Assembly: GCA_041907605.1 (NCBI GenBank)
Contig: JAYRGZ010000014.1
Coordinates: 5,116 to 69,115, forward strand
Reading direction: 5' to 3'
Length of the DNA stretch: 64,000 nt
DNA from: Minisyncoccota bacterium
GTDB taxonomy: Bacteria; Patescibacteriota; Minisyncoccia; Phycocordibacterales; UBA9973
Shown: positions 41,838 to 52,167 of the stretch, in pieces
Layout: each line of letters begins with the position of its first letter
How positions within the stretch are numbered: the first letter of the stretch is position 1
Position numbers and translations under genes: made by a program
The notes under the pieces: model-generated
Database searches by the model: none
Seen by the model: the letters and a program-made list of their open reading frames with translations, nothing else
What the model was told of the DNA's origin: nothing

Positions 41838-43008
41838 TTACATACTAATAGCTTTTTCTTTGTTCTTAGCCGGAGGAGCCTATTTTTTTATTCCTGCTAT
41901 GGCAAAAGTTCAGTACATCAGTGACAATTTTTCATCAGCACACGAGATTCCACTCCTCGATCAAAATTCTAATATTTTAGAAACCGAAGTAAAAGCAGAA
42001 GAACCATTTGTTGCTACTCACATAAAAACTCCAGTACCATTAAAAGCTATATATATGTCTTCTTGGGTAACTGGAACAACAAAGTTTAGAGATAGCCTAA
42101 TAAAGACAATTGATACAACAGAAATAAATGCTGTGGTAATTGATATCAAGGATTACTCTGGAAGAATCTCATATGAAGTACATGACCCAGCACTTATTGA
42201 AATAGGGTCACAGGAGAAAAGAATACCTGACATAAGAGGTCTCATAAAAATGCTACATGAAAAAAACATTTATGTGATTGGTAGAGTTGCAGCGTTTCAA
42301 GATGCATACATGATTAAAAAATTTCCTGAGTATGCCGTAAAGACAAACACTGATAGAAACAAAGTATGGGGTGATCACAAGGGAATAGGATGGATTGATG
42401 CCGGGGAGCAAAAAATGTGGGATTATCTTATAGCAATAGGAAAGGATGCCTACAATAGTGGTTTCGACGAACTAAACTATGACTACATTCGCTTTCCGAG
42501 TGATGGTAATATGAAAGATATCTACTATCCAGTAAGTGACGGGAAGGTAAAACGTGATGTGATTAAATCATTCTTTGAGTATCTTAATCAGAATATGAAG
42601 GATACCGGTGTAGTACTATCTGCTGATTTGTTTGGTATGACAACAACAAATACAGATGACCTAAATATTGGCCAAGTATTGGAAAACGCATTACCATATT
42701 TTGATTATGTTTGCCCTATGGTTTATCCATCACATTTTCCAGCAACCTGGAACGGATATCAAAACCCAGCAACAAAACCATACGAAGTTATAAAATACAC
42801 GATGGACAAAGCAGTGCAGCGAACAGAAGCACTCGGGATGGATAAAAATAAAATTAGACCGTGGCTTCAGGATTTTAATCTTGGTGCGATCTATACTGCT
42901 GATATGGTTAGAAAACAAATACAAGCGACATATGATGCTGGGCTTAATTCCTGGATGCTTTGGGATGCAGCAAATACATACACTGTTTCAGCATTAGAAA
43001 GTAATTAA
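41824..43008 (+). CDS. Putative glycoside hydrolase (DUF4015-like)
   Basis: NAVVIDIKD, GFDELNYDYIRFP, PMVYPSH, RPWLQDF. Confidence 0.85.
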   Translation: MRVIDYILIAFSLFLAGGAYFFIPAMAKVQYISDNFSSAHEIPLLDQNSNILETEVKAEEPFVATHIKTPVPLKAIYMSSWVTGTTKFRDSLIKTIDTTEINAVVIDIKDYSGRISYEVHDPALIEIGSQEKRIPDIRGLIKMLHEKNIYVIGRVAAFQDAYMIKKFPEYAVKTNTDRNKVWGDHKGIGWIDAGEQKMWDYLIAIGKDAYNSGFDELNYDYIRFPSDGNMKDIYYPVSDGKVKRDVIKSFFEYLNQNMKDTGVVLSADLFGMTTTNTDDLNIGQVLENALPYFDYVCPMVYPSHFPATWNGYQNPATKPYEVIKYTMDKAVQRTEALGMDKNKIRPWLQDFNLGAIYTADMVRKQIQATYDAGLNSWMLWDAANTYTVSALESN

Positions 43009-43013
43009 TTTTT

Positions 43014-44240
43014 ATGAAATATACAAAAAAGCAAATTCAAAATTTACTTGGAGCAATATGTGTAATTGTTTTCGTTTTTCTAATCGGTTTGTATGTTGGA
43101 TACAATAACAAGCTATGGGTTGAGAGAGTTATCGGTATCGAAAACAAGAATACACCCCCACAAATTGGTAATGATGCTGATTTTGAGCCATTTTGGAAGG
43201 TATGGAGCATCATAAATGACAAATATCCTCATCCAGAGGAAACAAGCAACCAAGATAGAATCTGGGGAGCAATTGAGGGGCTAACAAGCTCATTAAATGA
43301 TCCATATACTGAATTTTTTCCACCACAAGAATCTAAGCAATTCATGGAACAAATCAATGGTGAATTCTCAGGAGTTGGTATGGAAGTTGGGATGAAGGAC
43401 AATATTCTCACTGTTATTGCACCACTAAAGGGTTCACCCGCTGACAAGGCAGGTATAAAACCTGGAGATAAAATACTCAAGATTGATTCAAAGGTTACAA
43501 CCGATATGAAGGTGGATGAAGCAGTAAAATTAATCAAAGGTAAACCTGGAACCAAAATTACTCTCACTCTATATAGACAGGGAAATGATCAATCTTTTGA
43601 TGTATCACTCACACGAGAAGTTATAACAATTCCTACTATCGAATCTGTTGTGAGAAATGACGGAATACAAATATTAAATATTTACAATTTCGGCACAGGA
43701 GTAACCGATGAATTTAAGAAGGAAATTACTTCTTTCAACGCTTCTGGTAGAAAAAAATTGATCATTGATTTAAGAAACAACCCGGGAGGATTTTTGGATG
43801 CTGCTGTAGAAATTGCTAGTTACTTTTTGCCACAAGGAGACGTGATAGTGAAAGAAGACTACGGTAATAATCGTGATCAAGATATATATAGAAGTAAGGG
43901 TTATAACTCTGTAAATAGTGATGTAAAAATTGTCATTTTAGTAGATGGTGGTTCAGCATCTGCATCTGAAATACTAGCTGGTGCGCTTAGTGAACACAAG
44001 AGAGCAACACTCGTAGGCGAACAAACATACGGTAAAGGATCAGTACAAGAGCTTGTTCCGATAACAGACAATACATCACTGAAGGTTACTGTAGCAAAAT
44101 GGTTAACACCTAACGGTGTATCAATATCACTAAAAGGACTTACACCTGATATAAAAGTATCAATTACCAAGGATGATGTTGCAAATAAACATGATCCACA
44201 ATTAGAACGTGCAGTATCGTATCTAAATAACGGAAAATAA
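43014..44240 (+). CDS. S41 C-terminal processing peptidase (PDZ)
   Basis: DLRNNPGG, SASASE, GKGSVQ. Confidence 0.95.
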   Translation: MKYTKKQIQNLLGAICVIVFVFLIGLYVGYNNKLWVERVIGIENKNTPPQIGNDADFEPFWKVWSIINDKYPHPEETSNQDRIWGAIEGLTSSLNDPYTEFFPPQESKQFMEQINGEFSGVGMEVGMKDNILTVIAPLKGSPADKAGIKPGDKILKIDSKVTTDMKVDEAVKLIKGKPGTKITLTLYRQGNDQSFDVSLTREVITIPTIESVVRNDGIQILNIYNFGTGVTDEFKKEITSFNASGRKKLIIDLRNNPGGFLDAAVEIASYFLPQGDVIVKEDYGNNRDQDIYRSKGYNSVNSDVKIVILVDGGSASASEILAGALSEHKRATLVGEQTYGKGSVQELVPITDNTSLKVTVAKWLTPNGVSISLKGLTPDIKVSITKDDVANKHDPQLERAVSYLNNGK

Positions 44241-44241
44241 T

Positions 44242-44694
44242 ATGAAATTAATTCTCCTAGAAAATATCAAGAAAATTGGCAAGAAGGATGAGATAAAGGA
44301 AGTACCAGACGGATATGCTCAAAATTTTCTAATTCCCAGAAAGCTTGCAGTATTAGCTACACCAGAAAGAATTAAGAAACTAGAACTTAGTAAAAAACAA
44401 ATTGAAGATGAGAAGGGAATGCATTTAGAAATAATGAGATCCAATCTTGAGAAAATTGATAATACTGAGATTGTTATCACCCGAAAAGTGAATTCTAGCG
44501 GATCGCTGTTTGCTCAGATTGCCGAAAAGGATATCCAAGAAGAAATAAAAAATGCGTCTAAGATTCTAGTACCTATTGAATACATACAATTATCGGAGCA
44601 TATTAAACATACAGGCACACATAAAATTATTCTTGGTTCAAAAAGTAAACTTGGAAGAGAATACATCTTAAATTTACAAATAAAGGGTTCATAA
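44242..44694 (+). CDS. rplI: 50S ribosomal protein L9
   Basis: EVPDGYAQNFLIP, GSLF. Confidence 0.93.
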   Translation: MKLILLENIKKIGKKDEIKEVPDGYAQNFLIPRKLAVLATPERIKKLELSKKQIEDEKGMHLEIMRSNLEKIDNTEIVITRKVNSSGSLFAQIAEKDIQEEIKNASKILVPIEYIQLSEHIKHTGTHKIILGSKSKLGREYILNLQIKGS

Positions 44695-44732
44695 ACAACA
44701 AAATCCCAAATAACTTGGGATTTTGTTGTTTA
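44692..44732. terminator. Bidirectional terminator between rplI and rpmA
   Basis: TAAACAACAAAATCCCAA-ataac-TTGGGATTTTGTTGTTTA. Confidence 0.85.
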
Positions 44733-44744
44733 AAAATCAAATTC

Positions 44745-45017
44745 TTATATTACGTGAGCTTGTTTATGAACAACAACTTTGCCATCGTAATTCTTTTTTC
44801 TACGGTTTGTAAACGATACTACACCGTCTTTCATTGCAAACAATGTATGATCCTTTCCAACTCCTACGTTTTTACCTGCTATGATCTTTGTCCCTCTCTG
44901 TCTAATTATTACTGAGCCTTTTTGGGCTTTTTCACCAGCATATAATTTTGTTCCGAGATATTTAGGATTTGAATCACGCAGGTTATGGGCTGTTCCGCCG
45001 GCTTTCCTATGTGCCAT
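44745..45017 (-). CDS. rpmA: 50S ribosomal protein L27
   Basis: [24 protein letters not shown]. Confidence 0.97.
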   Translation of the reverse strand: MAHRKAGGTAHNLRDSNPKYLGTKLYAGEKAQKGSVIIRQRGTKIIAGKNVGVGKDHTLFAMKDGVVSFTNRRKKNYDGKVVVHKQAHVI

Positions 45018-45050
45018 GGTGTTTAATACTCCTTATTTTTACTATATAAT

Positions 45051-45422
45051 ATGGATGTGAGTATACATGATATTTGGACAAAAATCAAGGGGTCAAATGG
45101 AGGCAGGGTAGGGGAAACTGCCATAATAATTGCCCTTTTTGTTGTTGCTAATATTGCCTCCTATATGATCGGTTCCTCAAATAATATTAGGGAGACAGCG
45201 GACCCAGTTATAATTGCTGGTAATGTAAAAAGCTATGACGAAGCGATTTCTAGTGTAAATCTAAATACTGGCCTAGTTTTTGCATCAAAAAATGGAACCA
45301 AATTTTACTATGACAATTGTAGTGGCGGCAAAAGCATCAAGGCTGAAAACAGAATCTGGTTTGAAACAGAAGATGAGGCCAAGTCAGCAGGGTATACACT
45401 AGCTACTAACTGCACCCCATAA
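45051..45422 (+). CDS. Membrane protein with Ada-like metal-binding C-terminal domain
   Basis: ASKNGTKFY..C, IWF...EA..AGY....C. Confidence 0.75.
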   Translation: MDVSIHDIWTKIKGSNGGRVGETAIIIALFVVANIASYMIGSSNNIRETADPVIIAGNVKSYDEAISSVNLNTGLVFASKNGTKFYYDNCSGGKSIKAENRIWFETEDEAKSAGYTLATNCTP

Positions 45423-45430
45423 AAACACAA

Positions 45431-46333
45431 ATGCGAACCTTTTTTTACATACTACTTATAATCTTTGTGGCCTCGACAGTCTATGCTGCCAAGGACGATT
45501 TGAAGAATCTTTATATTCGGCTAGAAAGTAAATTCGAATCAATTGATGGGAGTAGTATAAAATTACCGACATTTGCAAACAACTTCTTTAAAAATATAAC
45601 AAATATAGAGGATCCTCTTACACCAGGACCGCTGATCTTAAAGAACCAAATAGGGAGTTCAATAAATACCAATTTAACGATACAGGGAATTATCTCTAAA
45701 ACAAACTCTGAAAGAATTGCAATTTCATTAAAACCACTTTCTGAAAATCGTGAACTTGATAATAGTGCGAGTAAAAAGGTTGATGATATGTTTGAAAAAC
45801 AATACTTCGAGCATATATCTCCAGAAGGTATTGGTGTTTCAGACCTCGCAAAAAATGAGGGCTACGAATATATACTTATAGGTGAGAATTTAGCACTAGG
45901 TGGTTTCAAGGATGATGCAGATGTTGTAGCTGCTTGGATGGCTTCTCCTGGGCATAAAGCAAATATTTTAAATAATCGATACACAGAAATCGGTATTGCG
46001 GTAAAAAAAGGAATATATCAAGGAAGCGAAGTTTGGATAGCGGTACAACATTTTGGAATGCCTATAGATATATGTCCTAGTGTTGATCAGAAGCTCAAGG
46101 TGGAGATAGATAGCAATCAACTACAACTAAACAATCTGGAAGCAGATTTAACATCAAAAAAGGCAGAGATTGACTCAGTGGGCCAAATTAATCAAACACT
46201 GTACCAAAGCCTCATACAAGAATATAACCTCACTGTGGGGGAATACAATAGAATCGTAGCAATCATAGAAAGCGATATAAAGACCTACAATGCAGAGGTT
46301 GCCGTCTTTAATAAATGTATTAAAGGGGAGTAG
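45431..46333 (+). CDS. CAP (SCP) domain secreted protein
   Basis: YFEH, GENLA, WMASPGHKANIL, VQHF. Confidence 0.92.
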   Translation: MRTFFYILLIIFVASTVYAAKDDLKNLYIRLESKFESIDGSSIKLPTFANNFFKNITNIEDPLTPGPLILKNQIGSSINTNLTIQGIISKTNSERIAISLKPLSENRELDNSASKKVDDMFEKQYFEHISPEGIGVSDLAKNEGYEYILIGENLALGGFKDDADVVAAWMASPGHKANILNNRYTEIGIAVKKGIYQGSEVWIAVQHFGMPIDICPSVDQKLKVEIDSNQLQLNNLEADLTSKKAEIDSVGQINQTLYQSLIQEYNLTVGEYNRIVAIIESDIKTYNAEVAVFNKCIKGE

Positions 46334-46432
46334 GTAAAAGGGCTTTATTTGTTATATATATTTATTTACTATAGTGTCGCACAATATATCTTTTGCGACA
46401 CTAGAGTTCATTTAAAAACTAGTTAAAGCTTA

Positions 46433-46774
46433 TTACTTATCTACAGGATTGAACTCAACTACTCTTATTGTGGACATATCATCACTTATAACATAGTTAA
46501 ACGTAGCACTTCCTTGTATGTGGCCATCTTCATAAACAACGCTTCCATTATTTTTTTGTGGATCAATTGAAATACTTGTCACATACCAACTTCCACCTAA
46601 AACCGGCTTTTCAGGTGTAATAGTACTTATATTTGATTTAATAAACCTCTCTACGTTATTTACCTCGATATTTGGATCTAATTGTATAACTTCTTTATTT
46701 ATATTTTTGTAAACAGTAAAAAGTAGGCTTGCCAAAATTAAAGCTGGTATTACAACTAGATAGTATTTTTTCAT
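46433..46774 (-). CDS. Membrane-anchored hypothetical protein
   Basis: N-terminal TM, PVLGGSWYV, YEDGH. Confidence 0.75.
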   Translation of the reverse strand: MKKYYLVVIPALILASLLFTVYKNINKEVIQLDPNIEVNNVERFIKSNISTITPEKPVLGGSWYVTSISIDPQKNNGSVVYEDGHIQGSATFNYVISDDMSTIRVVEFNPVDK

Positions 46775-46814
46775 ATATTAATTGTACCACTTCCCTATTT
46801 TTATATAATTCAAA

Positions 46815-46840
46815 TAAAAAACTCCCAGAGGGAGCTTTTT
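46815..46840 (-). terminator. Intrinsic terminator after small basic ORF
   Basis: Minus strand GCTCCC-tct-GGGAGT followed by TTTTTATTT. Confidence 0.75.
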
Positions 46841-46901
46841 ATTTCTTCTTATCTTTCTTTGGTTTCTTTTTTTCTTTCTTATGTGTTTCTCCTTTTGCCA
46901 T
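46839..46901 (-). CDS. 20-aa Lys-rich microprotein MAKGETHKKEKKKPKKDKKK
   Basis: ATG..TAA ORF with upstream TATAAT and own terminator; below ORF-track cutoff. Confidence 0.7.
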   Translation of the reverse strand: MAKGETHKKEKKKPKKDKKK

Positions 46902-46949
46902 AAAATGTTTTTAAAAAATTAATAATAGACTTATTATACAACATAATCA

Positions 46950-47246
46950 TTAAACTAACCTTAATTTAACACTGACAGTATCACCTTCTAATAATCCTTC
47001 TTTTTTTCTTATGCTAGATTTAATAGATAGTAAATATGATTTAGTCTTATTTTGAGGAAATAATGCTGTAATCCATTTTGTCGTTCCAATTTTCGCTTCT
47101 ACTTTTACAAAACCTGCTCCATATTTGGTGGAATTAGCCTTTATACGAATTGATTTAGACGGTTCAATATTTACAAAATACCAACCACCAGTGCCAGGAT
47201 ACTTCCATAATCTTCCACGAACACTTAAATTCATAGTGCGATGCAT
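46950..47246 (-). CDS. DUF1905-family protein
   Basis: GGWYFV, VKVEAKIG..KW.TALFP, IRKKEGL..GD. Confidence 0.85.
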   Translation of the reverse strand: MHRTMNLSVRGRLWKYPGTGGWYFVNIEPSKSIRIKANSTKYGAGFVKVEAKIGTTKWITALFPQNKTKSYLLSIKSSIRKKEGLLEGDTVSVKLRLV

Positions 47247-47801
47247 TTACTTATCAAACAATTCACCCTTCATCCATGGTGTTCCAAGTTTAGGAAGTAG
47301 CCATCTATCAAACCCGATCCATCCTGCGGTTCTCCATCCAAGTATAAGAAACAGTTGGAGTAAAAATAAAAGTGGATTTGTACTAACCGTACCAGCAAAA
47401 AGATAATTCATATTCATAAATGTACCAAAGAACGCTGCAATACCAGTAAACATTCCCAAAATTAGCGCGGCACCGACTAATAGCTCACCGTATGCAACGA
47501 TATGAGAGAAAAAAGAAGCATTAGGTATCGCAAAGTGTTCGATAAAATACGCATACCAACCTGATACGTCTGGATGCTCACCGGCTGTTTTACCAAGCGC
47601 ACCTAATAGAAAGCCTTTAACGGCACCACCGGCTTGTGGGCCTACCCAAATAGGATTAATAACCTTATTTATTCCGGCAACTATCCATTCGTATCCGACA
47701 TATATGCGTATAAGAAACCAAATCCATGAGAAATTATTGCTAGCAAAAAGAAGCTTGGATAATCTGGGTTCTGGTATTTGAACAATATTTTTTGTATTCA
47801 T
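47247..47801 (-). CDS. DoxX/DoxD-family membrane protein
   Basis: RIYVGYEWIVAGINK, GELLVG, AGTVSTNP. Confidence 0.85.
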   Translation of the reverse strand: MNTKNIVQIPEPRLSKLLFASNNFSWIWFLIRIYVGYEWIVAGINKVINPIWVGPQAGGAVKGFLLGALGKTAGEHPDVSGWYAYFIEHFAIPNASFFSHIVAYGELLVGAALILGMFTGIAAFFGTFMNMNYLFAGTVSTNPLLFLLQLFLILGWRTAGWIGFDRWLLPKLGTPWMKGELFDK

Positions 47802-47812
47802 TTTGTTTTTAC

Positions 47813-48193
47813 TTACTTATTAAAATTATAAAATTGAGGCATTGAATTAATTGTTGGTGTTGGATTTACTATAACATTTGTATTAACTTGTGGTGCATTT
47901 TGTTCAAACCATGTAGGTTCACCATTTTTTATTCTTTTCATGTTTTCAACAAAACTCCCCCATAGTAGATCAGAAAATATGTTGTTCCAGATATATAAAA
48001 CTGGTATAGATAAATATTTCTGCCACAGTTTATCCGCTGTACTTTCTATAAATTTAGTATTTTCAACTACAGTAGGTTTTTCTAATACCTCCTTGATACT
48101 TACATTAAAATAACCGAGGACAATTACGCCCACGGCTAGAAGGATTATTATACCCAGAATACTTAATCCAGATTGTGTGTATAATCGACTCAT
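47813..48193 (-). CDS. Hypothetical membrane protein
   Basis: N-terminal QSG plus hydrophobic helix. Confidence 0.7.
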   Translation of the reverse strand: MSRLYTQSGLSILGIIILLAVGVIVLGYFNVSIKEVLEKPTVVENTKFIESTADKLWQKYLSIPVLYIWNNIFSDLLWGSFVENMKRIKNGEPTWFEQNAPQVNTNVIVNPTPTINSMPQFYNFNK

Positions 48194-48225
48194 AAAAGCT
48201 CTTATACCACTATTATAGCACTGTT

Positions 48226-49548
48226 TTAATCAGTTTGTGATGTGACCGTTGTCGGACCAGTGTATTTAGGCAAATATAGCATTGGGTCCAAATACGCGGC
48301 TTTAGCAGCAACAGGCATTGTATAGATTCTGCCACCACAAGTCTTACTTGGAAAAGATTGTATTGATATTCCACTTCCGACAAACATCGAGACGTGTAGA
48401 TGTGGTCCTGTTGAGTGTCCTGTATTTCCACTATATCCTACTACATCACCCGATTTAACTCGCATGTTATTCTGTGCAGTTGGTAGTGATAAGTGACCAT
48501 ATACAGTAGCCAAACCATTATCGTATTTAATAAACACCCATCTACCATATGATGCACCCGGACAAGTTAGATCTGTATCACCCGTTGCAATAACTGTACC
48601 TACCCCAATTGCACGTACAACTGTACCGATAGGAGTGCCGAAATCTACACCGCCATGACTACCTGATGCATACAACCTACCGGAAACAGAAGTTTTACCA
48701 AAAAATTGCGTAATATGAATATTATCAAGTGGCCAACTAAATGTACCTTGATGCGGTGAAGCAAAGCTATTTGGATCTAGCACAAATTTTAGTTTAGATT
48801 CAAAATCAAAAAGTTCCTTTTCGAATTCAGTTTTTCTTGCCAAACTACTCTTTAGAAGTGAGTTATAATTTGATTCTTGATTCTTAGTGTCTTTTAATAA
48901 TTTTTGCTTATCTCTATTATTTTGATCAACTATTTTTTTCTGATCAGATAATTGGTTTTTCAATATTACTAAATCGTTCTGTGCCTTCTCCATTTTTGTT
49001 TTCTTATCTTCCAGTATATTTTTTGTATCCTTAAGTGTTACAACATGCCCACCAAGTTTCTCTTGTACAGATAGTGATGCATCTACTGTTCGCCATACAT
49101 TGGTCAAAGTAAACTCTCCTGCCAGTGATTCCACTAGAGGTATCGAATCAATTTCATTGCGAGAACGAACAATTTTTTTTATTGCATCCTGGTTTACAGA
49201 AATTGAATCGTTTGTTGTACCAATTTCCTGAGATAAATTTTGTATTGTAAGATCGGTAGCATTAATTTTATTTTGTGTAAGTTTTATATCTAAAGCTAGC
49301 TTCTTTGCTGTTATATCTAACTGTTTAATTGAATTCGCTAGTGTATTCTTCTGCGTTCCAAGTGTTGTAAGTGTTGTCTGATAATCGGCAATTTGCTTTT
49401 CCAGATTAGCAATATCTGCATTTCTTTCAGAAATCTTTTGTCTTAGCTCATCTGCGGTTTCTGCATATACTTTGGGTAGTAGTACTGACAAAAATACTAT
49501 TATGAACACTATTGATATGTTCCTTCGTAAGTTCATATATTTAGCCAT
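48226..49548 (-). CDS. Coiled-coil plus M23 metallopeptidase
   Basis: HGGVD, YGHL, GNTGHSTGPHLH. Confidence 0.92.
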   Translation of the reverse strand: MAKYMNLRRNISIVFIIVFLSVLLPKVYAETADELRQKISERNADIANLEKQIADYQTTLTTLGTQKNTLANSIKQLDITAKKLALDIKLTQNKINATDLTIQNLSQEIGTTNDSISVNQDAIKKIVRSRNEIDSIPLVESLAGEFTLTNVWRTVDASLSVQEKLGGHVVTLKDTKNILEDKKTKMEKAQNDLVILKNQLSDQKKIVDQNNRDKQKLLKDTKNQESNYNSLLKSSLARKTEFEKELFDFESKLKFVLDPNSFASPHQGTFSWPLDNIHITQFFGKTSVSGRLYASGSHGGVDFGTPIGTVVRAIGVGTVIATGDTDLTCPGASYGRWVFIKYDNGLATVYGHLSLPTAQNNMRVKSGDVVGYSGNTGHSTGPHLHVSMFVGSGISIQSFPSKTCGGRIYTMPVAAKAAYLDPMLYLPKYTGPTTVTSQTD

Positions 49549-49583
49549 TCTACAGTGTTTATGACGTATGTGGAAGCTTCTTG

Positions 49584-51038
49584 TTACTTAAGTAATTCTA
49601 TAGCGTATTTAATTCTCGAAATTGACTCATCTTTACCAAAAAATTCAATTAGAGAAAATGGATCTGGTGATTTATCCTTTCCAGATAACGCGTATCGTAG
49701 TGGCCAAAGTACATAACCACGTTGTGGTGTGCTATCGGCATATTCCATACATTTATTTTTTATATTATCTAGGTTGAATTCCTCTTCTGAAATCGTATTT
49801 AGAATCTCAAGAATTTTATTCATATGAGTATTTAGTATTGCACTATCAAAATCTCCTTTCCATCCAAGCCTGCTTACCTCATAAATTGGTTGTTCAAAAA
49901 AATATGAAAGCTCTCCTTGATTATCCATTTCTAAAATGTCGGCGCCTTTTGAAATTCGATCAAATATAAAGGTAGTTAATTTTGCAAAAAAATCATTCGT
50001 CGTTACGCTACTTTTTAGATACTTCTCTGGTAAAAATTTCTTTAGATATAAAACTTTCTCCTCAATTGTGAGTGCCTTTAGATATTCGCGGTTATACCAA
50101 TCAAGCTTATCAATATTGTATCCCCCACCTGAATGTTGAACACCAGATAGGTCAAAAGCACTTATGAATTCATCTTTTGAGAAAATTTCTTTTTCACTAC
50201 CAGGATTCCATCCAATAAATGCTAGGAAATTCATCATTGCTTCAGGTAAATATCCTTCATCGCGATACTCCAAAATATCTTTTGCACCATCACGTTTGCC
50301 TAGTTTTTTCTTTCCGTCTGATGCCATAAGAGGTGGTAATGTAGCAAATTCTGGACGCTTAATACCCAATGCATCATAAAGTGAGAGAAATTTAGGAGTT
50401 GACGATATAAATTCATCTGCACGAAGAATATGAGTCACACCCATTTCTAAATCATCGATAATATGTGCAAAATTATATGTAGGGTAACCATCGCTTTTAA
50501 TCAGGATAAAATCATCCAAAGCCTCTTCTCCAGCATGGAGTTCACCTCTAACCAAATCAATCCATGAGTATTTTTTTATCTCAGGAACTTTAAAACGAAG
50601 TGGTGCACTACCATCCCATACTGGTGGATTTTGTGGTCTATAGTCTCTAAATAAAAAAGGTTTGCCTAGTTCTTTGGATTTTTCTCTAAAAGATTCTACT
50701 TCTTCTTCTGTATAGGGATCAGTATACGCATAACCCTTATCGATTAGGATTTTTGCATATTTTCTATATGATTCAAGTCTTTTTGATTGTAAATATGGCT
50801 CGTGAGGACCACCAATATCAACCCCCTCGTCCCACGTAATACCTAACCATTTCAACGATTCAATTATGTGCTCAATAGAACCTTCCACTTCCCTATTTTT
50901 GTCTGTATCTTCAATTCTAAGAATAAATACGCCATTATTTTTTCTAGCGTAGGCCCAAGCATAAAGAGCAGTTCTTACACCGCCTATATGCATATACCCT
51001 GTTGGTGATGGAGCAAATCTTGTTACTACTTTCGACAT
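49584..51038 (-). CDS. gltX: Glutamate--tRNA ligase
   Basis: RFAPSPTGYMHIGG, LRIEDTD, KLGKR. Confidence 0.96.
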   Translation of the reverse strand: MSKVVTRFAPSPTGYMHIGGVRTALYAWAYARKNNGVFILRIEDTDKNREVEGSIEHIIESLKWLGITWDEGVDIGGPHEPYLQSKRLESYRKYAKILIDKGYAYTDPYTEEEVESFREKSKELGKPFLFRDYRPQNPPVWDGSAPLRFKVPEIKKYSWIDLVRGELHAGEEALDDFILIKSDGYPTYNFAHIIDDLEMGVTHILRADEFISSTPKFLSLYDALGIKRPEFATLPPLMASDGKKKLGKRDGAKDILEYRDEGYLPEAMMNFLAFIGWNPGSEKEIFSKDEFISAFDLSGVQHSGGGYNIDKLDWYNREYLKALTIEEKVLYLKKFLPEKYLKSSVTTNDFFAKLTTFIFDRISKGADILEMDNQGELSYFFEQPIYEVSRLGWKGDFDSAILNTHMNKILEILNTISEEEFNLDNIKNKCMEYADSTPQRGYVLWPLRYALSGKDKSPDPFSLIEFFGKDESISRIKYAIELLK

Positions 51039-51039
51039 A

Positions 51040-52167
51040 TTATTTCTCGTGTTTAAGTGCAATAGCTACTAATTCTTTAGCAATTTGTTCTGCAGCACCC
51101 GGATGCGCAAAAGCTAAAGCACTTTTACTCATTGCCTCCCATTTTTCCTTATCACTAATAATACGGTCGATCTCTGCAACAAGAATTGATGGTGTAAGAT
51201 TATTTTCCTCAATTACTGAGCAAGCGCCACTTCTAGCATAATTAAATGCATTATGTTTTTGATCATGACTGACAGCCTCGGGTATTGGTACAACAATAGA
51301 AGGAACCCCCCAACTAGCAATCTCAAAGAGGGATGAGCCGGCTCGAGTGATTATAAGAGAAGCGGCTCCCGCAGACATTTTGACTGCAAGAGTATTTAAA
51401 TATCCAAAAAGTTTATACCTATCTTTGTATTCGTTTTTTTCCAATGCCACAATAATACGATTTTCTATTTCGGTTAAATTTTTTGGACCAACTTGATGAA
51501 TTATTTGATATCTAGTTAGAAGGTCTGGTAGCGCGTCAATAATGACATCATTTATTGCTACTGCACCTGTAGATCCACCCCAAACGAAAATCACAGGTAT
51601 AGTAGGATCAAGTTTCAAGTATTCAAAAGTACCATCTTTCGCACGTTCTACTATATTTGAGCGTATTGGTTGACCTGTTAGAGCAGTCCTTTCTTTTGGG
51701 AAATATTCAACTGCTTCGCTGTAAGATATTGCAATCTTCTTTGCAAATTTAGAAGCCCAAAGATTAACTTTCCCTGGTACAGAATCAGATTCATGAATAA
51801 TAACCGGAATACCTAGAACTCGTGCTGCAAAAAGTGCTGGGAAGCTCGCGTATCCTCCCTTACCAAATACAACATCAGGATAGATCAGAAATACTTTATA
51901 TAGCGCAGAAAGGCATCCGAATGCAATTTTAAAAATATCAGTAATGTTCTTTGTCGAACTGTATAGTCTTTGTTTACCAGAAGTTACTTCAACATATGTA
52001 ATACCATTTTCGAACAATAGTCCCTTATCATATGGAGAATCCGACATATAATAAAGTTTCGCATCAAGTACTTTTTCCTTGTCGATTATTTCGTTAACTT
52101 TTTCGGCTACAGCTATAATTGGATAAAAATGGCCTCCTGTTCCGCCTCCTGTAAATAATATTTTCAT
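51040..52167 (-). CDS. murG: Lipid II GlcNAc transferase
   Basis: GGGTGGH, GGY, HESD, GGSTG, DQKHNA. Confidence 0.95.
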   Translation of the reverse strand: MKILFTGGGTGGHFYPIIAVAEKVNEIIDKEKVLDAKLYYMSDSPYDKGLLFENGITYVEVTSGKQRLYSSTKNITDIFKIAFGCLSALYKVFLIYPDVVFGKGGYASFPALFAARVLGIPVIIHESDSVPGKVNLWASKFAKKIAISYSEAVEYFPKERTALTGQPIRSNIVERAKDGTFEYLKLDPTIPVIFVWGGSTGAVAINDVIIDALPDLLTRYQIIHQVGPKNLTEIENRIIVALEKNEYKDRYKLFGYLNTLAVKMSAGAASLIITRAGSSLFEIASWGVPSIVVPIPEAVSHDQKHNAFNYARSGACSVIEENNLTPSILVAEIDRIISDKEKWEAMSKSALAFAHPGAAEQIAKELVAIALKHEK

